Assembly: GCA_977030845.1 (NCBI GenBank)
Contig: OZ365109.1
Location: 57,040,001 to 57,104,000, forward strand
Reading direction: 5' to 3'
Origin: Fimbriosthenelais zetlandica
Lineage: Eukaryota
DNA length: 64,000 bases
Position numbers and translations under genes: made by a program. This document shows positions 1 to 10,726 of the stretch, piece after piece. Position 1 is the stretch's first letter, and every line of letters begins with the position of its first letter. The notes below the pieces were generated by a model. That model worked only from the letters and a program-made list of their open reading frames with translations. It was not told where the DNA came from and made no database searches.

Positions 1-146
1 CCTCTCCCAGTTACTGCATAACGGCAGTGTTTCCCGAGCCTCTTCCCGTGATGCATCACTTGGTTGCTATGGTGATAACCGTTATCATGACAATAGATGT
101 CGGCACTAGTCTGCCGGTAAAGATGGACGACGCATAGGGCCCTTTG

Positions 147-202
147 ACTTCCGGTAAAAGAACAGGAAGTGGCCTCGTTTTGGTATGACTTCCGCCGGAA
201 GT
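147..202. promoter_or_regulatory. Cluster of four ETS-family core sites
   Basis: ACTTCCGG (147-154), CAGGAAGT (163-170), ACTTCCG (188-194) and CCGGAAGT (195-202). The last two form an inverted pair. Motif match only. Confidence 0.35.
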
Positions 203-1466
203 AGACTCTTTTGTGGTCATAGATAAGATGTCGATGCCTTTTGTTGTGCAGTGGGAAACGGAATCTGGAAATATGATAAGAAAGAAACACTTACATGCGG
301 TAGTTGTGCGATAAAGTTTGAATGTGGGGTTCCCCTTGAGTGAGTGACAGCCGTGGAGGCAAAGATGACTAAGAAACTGGAATGGAAGAAATGCCCGGCT
401 GGTAAATGAAAAGAGGGCATTTAAGTGCAAGCCATTAGACTGTGATTTGGATGGTAGACGGAACCATCAAAGTATGATCTAATATCTTCCTGTCCTCAAT
501 TAGATCCCAATATTAAGTTTTCCATGTCTTTCACTAATCAATCCTGCATTAATTTAGGCTCAGAAACCAACGTTGCCTCATGTCACATTTCATATCAGTA
601 GATCTGATATGGAAGACATGTGGATAACTCCTGATAACTGACTGAAGATTAATATATATAGGCCTACAGATTATATCATTAGGCTCAAGGGTACTAAAGT
701 CATAAAGCAATCTTAAGGGAATTGTCCCTGATGAATTTCATTGATAATGTCCAATTGCGTCTTACAGTGATATTTATCATGCAGCTTCATACCCATGCAT
801 AATTTTTGGTGCTGGATTTAAGTTTCTCTTACGTTCTTTCTCTAGAAGTCTTCTATGGAAAAGGCAATTGGAAGTGTGCTATGTTTTCTAATGATGACTC
901 AAGGAATGCTCATGCTGCTGTAGACTTTGTCTTGCTCGATATGAAAGGCTATCGATAAGGTTGGATAAACATTGAGGTGGAAATCGAAACAATTGAACCT
1001 TCGGTAAATAAATCTTTGTAAGGCAGCAGCTAGAAGAGCAAACTGCTGACAGGGGAGGTGTGTGTGGGGCTACTATAGGCTGGCCTGGAGAATTCCGATC
1101 GTTTCCAACTTCACTGATCGAGAATATTGACTGAGTGCAGCTTTCCAATTATCTGTTTCTGATGTTTGAAATTGCCTTTATTGTCAGTGCGCGTGAGAGA
1201 TATTAGCAGGAGATGTGGGGTCTACACAACAGATCGGTGGCAAATATGGCCAGGCTAACCTCTTGGTAATATGGCCAAACACGACTGTATGATGTGGCGG
1301 GCCACTGCCAGTCTCCTCTCTGGATGTCCCATAATGCAACAGCCAGAGGATCAACATGCGCCCCACGATCCCCTCCCTCCTTGCCCAGTCACTGGCCGAG
1401 GCCGAATCATCAACGTTGTTATTCCTAGCTTTGCCGCATTGCCTGCGACTGTGTACATTTCCTGTG

Positions 1467-1479
1467 GTTGCTAGGCAAC
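1467..1479. promoter_or_regulatory. RFX X-box motif
   Basis: GTTGCTAGGCAAC (reverse complement GTTGCCTAGCAAC), a 13-bp X-box form. Motif match only. Confidence 0.4.
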
Positions 1480-4400
1480 CTGCCAGCATGACCGTCAAAG
1501 TTTGACACGGGACATGTTCAATATTCGATATTGGCTCAGGCAGAGTGGAATAGTAGAATTTTGGTTTCATAAGACTTGAGTGAAAGCGATCGAAGCTGTA
1601 TGTTTGAGACCCCATCCCCTTCCCCAAAATGTAATGACATGTTGGTAAATAAAAATAAATATTTATTTTACAATTGTTATTCTAAGTCACGTACACAATC
1701 TTAGAAATGGCACGAAGTGTGAAAATTGTTCATTCCTTCCTGCCACTGAGAAGTTACAGCCAGCATGATTTATAAATTGCTGGTTTTTTCCCCATGTTTG
1801 CATTGGTATTCATTCAATAAGTTGTATATTGATATTCATCAATCGATAAACCTTTTATATCGCCCAAATGTTGCTGTTTTCATGAATGTAAACAAGATCA
1901 ATCATTCAACACATCCAAAGTATTGATTACAAAGTTAAGTCCGACAGCTTGTCTATCTCAAAATTATTTTGATTGGAATGTGACCGCATCCATGGATTGA
2001 GGCAATTGAGGGCCTTTCCAATTCTTAATATTATCATTGGCGAACTGATTTCACACTGAAAGCACTGCCTAACCCCATGTGAAAGTCTTGTCAACCCAAC
2101 GAGTATGGTCAACCCAAACGATTTTCTGGTGACGCATTTAGTTAAATTTTTGAATTTCCAACATAATTTGTTAAGGTCAAATATTGAAAATGCCTTACCA
2201 CATGGAAAATGGATTATCCTTTCCCTTGACAATTAATAACCTGCAGATTCCAGGACTTTTAAACTTGACGTCCTAGCAAAATATGATATTTTACATAATT
2301 TTTCTTGTCTGACTGTCCTTAATATAACTGAAGCATTCTTCCACATGCGCCTTTTAAGAGGCGATGCTAGACGAAATCTGATTGGCTTGGGTAGGCCTAC
2401 ATGGCTTAGTTCATCTAGGTTCATTTTCCTCCCTTCACGAAGTGCTCATCATAATGGTAAAGGGCGTGGAGAAGGATTTGATTGCTTCCGTCAGAGCTTG
2501 CTGAAAAGTCATTCCTGATTATTGAATATCCATCAAGGAGAGGGCAACAATAAGAACATGGCATTGAAGCATGCCAAGGGTTATTCTCGTAACGTACAGA
2601 CACATGTGCATTGAAATGTCCCTTCCAGATGTATCTTAATGAACAGCGAAATTGCAGGGGAGTAAAAAGCTGAAAATCCAATGGAATGATTTTATGCTTG
2701 TCATGCGTACTCCAGCCTGTTATGAAGGAATGACATCCTTACTATGGGGTTAGTTTGTGGTATGAGTGGATGTTGTTAATATGCTCTGGGCATTTTGATG
2801 AAAATTAGTTAGAACCAGGAATTAAAGAAGTCAGAATATCTGTGCATTAAGTTTGAGCATCAGGTTTTCATCTCTTGGCAGCATAGGTTAAGTATTATGT
2901 ATTTATTAGGTAATCAAGCCCTGCTTGAAGTGTGAGTGGGTGCTCATGCCTTTATTAGGAGCATAAAATGGGGCCTTCTTACTAGGCCCTTCACTGAAGT
3001 CTACCCATGCAAGGTTCACCGGAAGGGGGTAAAAGGCCCGCGAGGCTCAAATGGGCCTGGGACAAAGCAGTCGTAAAATCAGGACGGATCGTCGCTACTG
3101 ATATTTCTTGACTGTGTCGAGGAGGAGGTTATTTCTGGGGGTCCGTAAGGGCCGGCTGATCGCCTGTGAACGAAGGAGATAAATGTTAGTGGGCGCCGAC
3201 CAGCCCCTTTCGTTCTCAACCGGCTATGGACCCTAAACGGAGTGAAACACGCAAACTCATGATGTATCAGGATAGCGAGGGGAACACAGATGAGGTCCTC
3301 CTAGCGCCATCCAACGATGGCTTATGGTAACTGAGAGCAGAGCCTACCTTAAGCCGGGATTTATGTGGCTTTATATGTCGTGAGAAGGGACCGAGTCAGG
3401 GATGATAGTCCCCTGGGACACCAAGTCAAGGACAATTCCGAGCATTCCACCTCGCCTTGTCCTCGCCTTCCCTTATATGACCTACTGTAACGGAGTCTAT
3501 AAAGCAAACGCCCCTTCCCCCTCCTCCACCACTCCCCCCTCCCGCCCTCTAAGCTTGGCTTTATACCCCAATCTTATGTCTTGAGCTGTAGCAGTAGTTT
3601 GCTGGCTCTTGTAATTGCAGGGCCCACATGTAGTTTATAATGTTTACATGCTTGTAGTGGCTGGAGTCAAGTGGTGGTGGAGTGTAGCTGGTGCCCTTAC
3701 CCTTCCATACATCCTAACCAAGCCCTTACACATGCTAAACAACATTTGGAGTGGAGTCACGAGACTGATCATCAATGGCCGGCGAATCTTAAGTGTACTG
3801 CCTGGTCGTGATTGAGAGGACGGGGAAATTTAGAGATGATTTACGGAAGAAGTGACTTGACTTGGACGTAATTAATTAAGAAAATCGAATTGCCCCATCA
3901 CTCTGCGTAGTGTACTTGCATCCTCAAGTGCAATTTAGACAGCATTTGTCAAACAGCAAATGTAATTTATCGAGCCTATGGGGGTTGGATTGATTCGTGT
4001 CCAGGACAGACAATATGTGGCCAGCACTTTGCCGAGGCAGCCATGTTTGTTGATTCCTGGCCTAGACCTTTTGTTATAAGAGTCTTAATGTAGATGATGC
4101 GTGACGCGGTGCGTTGTATGTACGTCAGGTTGTCACGCTTTACTGGGCACCGTGTCAGGCCAGGATGCCGCTGATGGACAGACTTTGGTCGACCAACCCT
4201 GAAACACAGGATGCTGAGTCATTACAGCGGCCACATTGCTGCTCCGCACTAAATCAAGGAATTACACCTCATTGAACATAATTAACCAGAGGCAGCGTTA
4301 CAGGATCGCACTTAATCCCGAAATAGATCTGCATTAGTCTGACAATGATGAGGGATTTGCAGCGGCAGCGATTGGTAGGCTTTGATGTAGACGTCACGTG

Positions 4401-5598
4401 GCCAACTGGCTCCAGCCGACGCCGACCAACTCCCAGAATCCACCTGGATTCCTCCCATATATTAAAGCCCCCCCTACCGGAAGTCCATGCATTAAGCCCC
4501 GACCCAATGTGAATATGGGCTGAATACTGAAGCTGCAAGGCCAGCGTGGTTGTTAAGGCTCAACCAGTGCCTTCAAATCACTTTTATACATGACATTGCG
4601 GCTGTTCCAACCTTCAGCGTGTTGGTCAGGTACCTGGCTGCCCACTTGGTATTATAATCACCTGGCATCGCCGCCATAATGTTATGTAACTGGCAAGTGC
4701 CGACACTCCAAGGCCTTAGTATTGATCTGAATTAATCACCTCTGGATTATTTTGAAGCTTTACAGTCAGATTCCCAGCCCTTGCACACTCCTCATTCTCG
4801 GTGTATTTGATTAACTCCTCATTGTTTCACAAATGCAAAGTAAAAATAGAGTAGAAAACTAAAAATAAGAAATGGAAAAGTTTGTGCTGGCAATAGATCA
4901 CTTTTGTTAATTTTATCGCAGGTTATTTATTTCTGGCATAAATATTATAATGAATATTTCATATTATTTAAAACCAGTTAATACACACTATCTGCACACA
5001 GTTTCTAAGTGAACATTCATTTTATCCATTTTAACTCGTTGATTGATTGCCCCCAAGTGTGGGAAACTGGCTGTTTGAAAGATTGAATTTCACGTCAGTC
5101 TCGAAGAATTTAAGAAATAGAGATGAAGTTAATTTACAGATTGCATGTCCATCGATTAACGTGTTCAATATACATTTATATAATGGATTACTATTATAAC
5201 TTTTGTCTCACCAGATATGTATGTAGGTTCTTGCTCACTCATGTTTGGTATCTTGCTTCTGCAAACGCGTAAAATATATTGCTGGCCTTTGTGTAAACTG
5301 TATGCTTGATTCCCGCTGAAACTGAAACTTCTTGATGGTTCCTATATTTGTTTTTACAATGACGATTTCCTGCATGGCCATTAATGGTGTGTTGAAAGTA
5401 ATGACACCAGGTCTATAAAACCAAACATCGTGTTCGGAACGTCCTTCTTCAAGTCTTGTTTCGTGGTCCTTGCCTGACTCTTCCACATACATCACCGCCT
5501 TATAGATGAGATGTAATGTGGCATCTGTAAGGGGTGGTGAACCTTATTGTGCGATAATTACTGGAATCTAATAGTCACATCATTAATCTTATTAACAG

Positions 5599-5862
5599 GA
5601 AGTGGGAGAGTGTCAGGACAAACACCAGGCGATTCAGCTACCAACCAACACCAAGACAAGGGCACTCTAGGAGGGGGTGGTAATGTAGCCACAGACATGG
5701 GCGTGAGAAAAGAGCTCCCTATATTCAGCAAGGTGGTCACCCGCACGTGGATCAAGCAGGAACAGACCACTACCGGTCTCAACCAAAGGGCACTGGTAAT
5801 CAAGAAAGATGTCCTCAAACAAGGGCGTACTTATATCATTGAAGGTCGCATCAAACACAAAG
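5599..5862 (+). CDS. Internal coding exon of a polycystin-1/REJ-family (PKD1-like/REJ) gene, REJ domain
   Basis: Acceptor TTATTAACAG| at 5598 and donor AAAG|GTAGGC at 5863, phase 1 at both ends. Translation is (G)SGRVSGQTPGDSATNQHQDKGTLGGGGNVATDMGVRKELPIFSKVVTRTWIKQEQTTTGLNQRALVIKKDVLKQGRTYIIEGRIKHK. The TTTGLNxxxLVIKxxVLxxGxTY motif is typical of REJ domains (recognised by eye). It splices in frame to 6334. Confidence 0.8.
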
Positions 5863-6333
5863 GTAGGCGTACTATATATCTAAAGCACTTTGTTCAAAGT
5901 GACCAAAAGTGATTAATTGAGCTTATCTATTGCAATATTTTACCGTTGATTGATCTGTCACACCCTCCAATTACTCTTTGAATGCAAATCTAAAACTACC
6001 TTCTGTGTCATTTCTTATTGGATGGACCTCCATATCCATATCCAAGCAGGCGATAGCGGCTGGTCACCGATGACTGGGTCAAGAAGCAATCCTAATTTCC
6101 ATACCCCTATCTCCTATGGTCATGAATCACTTTTAATGGGAGCAGCCAAGCCCTAATACATGCATGAATGCATACTGATTGATTTATATATGTAGAATGG
6201 CCTGATCAGGCCATTGTATGATTGATTTACATGTAGTGGGGGAAATGCCCTATCTAAACCGTTTATACAGCCTTATCAGGGGCCAAATTCAATGTTTTTG
6301 GTCTGAAATGTTAATTTTATACTTTTTTTGCAG

Positions 6334-6473
6334 CCACTGATAAACAGGGGACAGCTTCAGCCTATGTGACCATTAACAAGAGCCCAGGATTTGGCGAGTG
6401 CTCCCTTAAACCTCAGAAGGGAGTGGAGATCGAAACCAGCTTCTCCATCCTGTGTTCAGAGTGGGAAGACAAC
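6334..6473 (+). CDS. Internal coding exon of the polycystin-1/REJ-family gene, REJ domain
   Basis: Strong acceptor TTTTTTTGCAG| and donor AAC|GTGAGT, 140 nt, phase 1 to phase 0. Translation is (A)TDKQGTASAYVTINKSPGFGECSLKPQKGVEIETSFSILCSEWEDN, which matches the REJ pattern P-x-x-G-x-C-S-x-x-P-x-x-G-x(4)-T-x-F-x-I-x-C-x-x-W-x-D. Confidence 0.87.
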
Positions 6474-9457
6474 GTGAGTAGAATTTCACCATCCCAGTCT
6501 TACATGACATGTCTGCTATAGAATTACTAGTATTTGGCAATTTACATGTAAATCAATTCTCGTTGATATTTTATCACAATATATTTTAGACTGCCAATAT
6601 CGTGTACATGTACTTGTTTGAGCGAAATTCTAAAAAGCAATACTGAATCTTACATTCTCTTCTCTTGAACACTCTTGAAGTCGTTAGTATTTTTACCTAT
6701 CTTTTAATGTATGAAGATGCTGTACCAATTTTCTTGTGATCCTTCAATGGGGTTTCATTATAACTATGGGATCTGGTTCACAGCTCTGTAATGTACCTCT
6801 GGGTTTGCTTGTATCCAGCTGAGGGTTTCGTGTTGTCACGCCTTTGTACAGGTTTCCTGTGTTTCCTGCGTAAATGTTCATACAGAGATATGAATACTTA
6901 GCCTGAGTAATATGCTGCCCCTTCATCTGTTGAGATAGCCCCAGGCTGTGGCTTTTTCCATCTGCAGCATCCCTTCACCAGGCCCACACCCGCAATGAAA
7001 TATCATGTCCCAAGCCCCTCATTCCTTTATATGCATTTAAATAGCGTCTCCTTGCTGTGGGGCAGGCGCCTTGTAATTTGTCCCTGTCCATGCTCTGTGG
7101 CAACTCGCCATTTGTCCACCACTTCTCTACGCGGGGCTTCTCCAACCATCTCCCACTTATTCCCCAACTGGCAAATAGGGGAGAATGAAGCTCGGGCTAG
7201 TTCTACTCCTTCAGGCCCTACCACTAACTGCCAATGATGACCCCAAGGCCAATGATCACAGGGACGAAGGGGCTGTTTTAAAAGACGGGCTAGCTTAAAA
7301 AGGTTGTCAAATTGTTTGCCCTAGTGGAGATGGACAATTTGAATATTCCTCCTTCGCCCATCGTCCCGCTTTTGGTCAGATCAAATGCTGCCTTCCCTGA
7401 CTTCAGGCCCCCAATCCGGAATTCCACCACCAAGCTCTCATTGTATGGCTTTTATCCCAATGGCTTCACTATTGAAGCCATGCCTTGTCATTGATATTTT
7501 TATAAACACCATGAGAAGGGAGGCTTCGGTTTTATTGGCTATCCAGTATTGCAAACACTATGAAACTATCAGAAAGTGCCACATTAACGCTTGATGCGCC
7601 TGCGTCATGAATATGCAAATGAAAGGTTCAGCAGCAAATGAAAAGATGGAAAGATAGGTCGCGCAGGCTTATTTGACATACAGATACGCGATGAATTGAC
7701 GTCCCAGTCTAGATTTTATATCCCATTTATAAACTTTACATTGGTTATATGTGATGGACTCCCCATAGAAAAACACGTGATACTGTAATATTGATTACAA
7801 TTTCATAGTTATGGCTCAAAAACTCGCTCTTCTATAAGTATTCTTTCTCTGCTCCACCGTTTGTATATATGTTTATATTATCGTAATAATGCAATCTATG
7901 GGATCTATATTTTAGCGCATATCCTATCACCATTTTCACTTCCATTTATTGTTCCAGTACAACTCCAGTGCCAAGATGTATAATTATTATAGCCTATATC
8001 GCGTGGTTTTAAAATATTGGAAACTTTCATAATAAGTAAAATGTTTCAAACATTTTGTATAGTCTGATATGGAAGTCCAAATTAAGCCTCTTACATCTCT
8101 TTCGGAAATAATGGCAATATCATCACTATCGAAGGGGCTATTCTCTGAGACTGAGTTTATATATTCAGCTTTACATGTTTAGTTTCAACTGAAAGAAAGG
8201 AACATATTTCAAGCAATAATCCATTTTATTCCTGAAATTAATGGTGGCAACTGCTTTAGAGGTGAAATATTACTTTCACCAGATCACGTAATAATGATTT
8301 ATCAAGAGACTGAGGTCGATGTCATCTCATGGTGACACATTTGTCCACCGCTGGTCGCCTGTGTTGCCCCTGTCCACACCCAAATAGGATTGATTCGGGT
8401 GACAAACTGTTGTAATGAATTATGATAATCGTGCTGACCTCTCCAGCCACAGCCTCCAGGTCCGGTTTGGGCCTCATACACCACATACAGATGGCTCGGA
8501 TTGAAATCATAAAACACCCGGCCTGGGTATAATACACCGGTCTCCAATACATCTGAGAGAGACCCGCCAACACCAAAATGTTTACTGACCTCCCAGCAGC
8601 AGATGCCCAATAACCTTGCCTCCGTGCGACAGATGCTGACGCCACATGACTTCCTTGGCGTTCTTTTATTATTGGCGCTTATTGATTTGCCATCTTAAGG
8701 CCGCGGTTATGATGCCGTCTTCTTTCTATGTTGGCATGAAAAGGGAGAAAACAACTGTGAGGTAGCTGGATTTGATTACGATAGGACTAGTTTGTGTCTT
8801 CAGAAGTATTGGTGTCGTGCTTAGCAAAAATTCTGAGAGGACATTGACAAAGACGCTTCCCAGTAATAGCCTTGATGCACGCATGTCCAATTGATGCTTC
8901 CACTCTTTCAATATAATAAGCCGAGGAGCGATTGATCTCTAATATCAGGTCTGGAAACGAAAGGCTGCCATACTTTTTTCCCGTCCTCTTTTCCTGCTAA
9001 ATAAGGATCCATGTGTTTCTTCTTATCAAAAGATTTTCTTCCATGAAAAACCTGGGCTTTTGAAAAAAAACATACAAAGGACTTTTCATTAAAATGCATT
9101 CACTTTTCCTTAATGTTTGCCCGTAACAGGTCATGCTTGTATCCAATCGAGTACTGAGCCATATATAATCACAATTGATAGATTTGACATTGGATATCAG
9201 GATTTCTGATTCTCTTGATATGTATCTCTTGACCGCTTGATGCCGTAATGGCAATCTGCTGGGGTCTGATTGGCCTGCATATAGATTGCGGGTGAATTTG
9301 TCAATTCCATAGCAACTCTGTATCAACAAGTGTTCTGCATGGGGGCCATATAACGGTGGTTTATCTCGAAGCTTACGAGATATGACGTCACCGCTCACCA
9401 CTTGAGCGTCCATTAGATTGTTTCGTCCGATGCCCACCAGGTAGAGTGGGTGCTCTA

Positions 9458-9471
9458 GTTACCATGACAAC
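9458..9471. promoter_or_regulatory. RFX X-box motif
   Basis: GTTACCATGACAAC fits the consensus GTHNYYATRRNRAC and lies in the intron between REJ exons 2 and 3. A perfect CRE (TGACGTCA) is at 9383-9390. Confidence 0.4.
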
Positions 9472-10596
9472 GTCTAAGAGAGGGACGCTGGCTTGTTTGA
9501 CTTGCTGTTGTAATAAAACTAAGCGGCACAAGCTTCCTTCTGGACCTGCCATAAAACAGCCACACAGCCAATCCCCAGCATTTATCTCCACGTTGTAAAG
9601 GCTTTAGTGATTGTTTACAGAGTAGCTGTTTAATCATTGTTCTGCCATGCACCGATAGAGAACCCCAGCCATCTAGCAGATGCCTTGCAAGGCCGTGAGG
9701 GCATGACTAGAACATAAAATGATTTATGATGGACTTAAAAGATGGGTCATATTTTAGTGTAGGGTGTATTGTGAAAGGTTTGGTGACTAAGATGTCAGCA
9801 GGTTTCATTTTGTAGGAGACCTTGTCTTCTATCTGACCTCTCCTGGGAAAAGAGACTTCTCTGTTCCTCTCGAGATGATAGAGTCAACCAACTTTTCAGA
9901 TCTTCAAGCCTCTCTTGGTGTTGGTTCCCATTGCCCGAAGAAAATGTCCCTATAATATGCCAAGGATAAATATTTTATATATAAATATTTCATGTTTTCA
10001 AAACTGCACCTCCATCATGTTTTCTGCAAATATTTTCCTAATATTGGAACCCATAAGAAAAATGACAAAACACACGAGTTCTTATGCAAGAAAAATGACA
10101 AAAAAGTTTTGAAGGCGATGTGTCAATGCATCTCTTAATTTCCTAATGAGGATACCGAATAAAATGAGGAAAGTTCCTCCATATCTATAAAGAGAGGATG
10201 TACCAACACTTTGGGTGTATATTTGAAGCTAGTAAAGACCATGATTACCTGTTACATTATTCATTACTTCCCTGCAAAAAGAATTCTAAATTAGATAAGA
10301 GCGACATCAAGAATCATCCCTCGTGATTGAATTCTTTACTCTTCCTGAGACTGTTTTAGAAGGCTCTATAGATGCTTAGAAGGAGGGCCTCCTCTTACAC
10401 AAATTACAGGAAGTGTCTCTCTGATCAACCTTCGTTTTATGTCATGTCTTGAGAGGTGGTATTGAAATTCAAATTAACTGACATTGTTTTAATTTACAGG
10501 CCTTACAGCGGTACAAAGCCTCGCTACACGAGGTAGCATGGACCGTGCGCTGCTCCATCCTCCATCCTCTATAGCCTTTTATCTTTATTTTTTCAG

Positions 10597-10726
10597 GATG
10601 AGCCTATACAATATGAGATAAGTTACAGCCTTGATAATGGAAAGTCACGTGACCTTATCTATCAGGGCCTTAACCATCAAACCATTTTCAAGCTCCCAGC
10701 AGGCAATCCCAAGCTCAACAATACAG
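10597..10726 (+). CDS. Internal coding exon of the polycystin-1/REJ-family gene, REJ domain
   Basis: Acceptor CTTTATTTTTTCAG| and donor ACAG|GTTAGT, 130 nt, phase 0 to phase 1. Translation is DEPIQYEISYSLDNGKSRDLIYQGLNHQTIFKLPAGNPKLNNT. It continues WEDN-DEPIQY in frame and contains the REJ LYxG...LPxG motif. Confidence 0.87.

Noticed and set aside
295-398. Minus-strand 104-nt exon candidate (CTCTTTTCATTTACCAG| ... |GTAAGT)
   Set aside because: The splice signals are good, but neither open frame resembles a known protein and no partner exon could be linked.
2421-2681. ORF with GHFNAH and LLDGYSIIRND, reminiscent of a LINE apurinic endonuclease
   Set aside because: The motifs are in the reverse order relative to real endonucleases (GY..R.DR precedes GDFN) and no RT follows.
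10500-10532. Possible 33-nt micro-exon (ALQRYKASLHE) before REJ exon 3
   Set aside because: The donor is weak (GTAGCA), and WEDN-DEPIQY already matches the REJ pattern without it.
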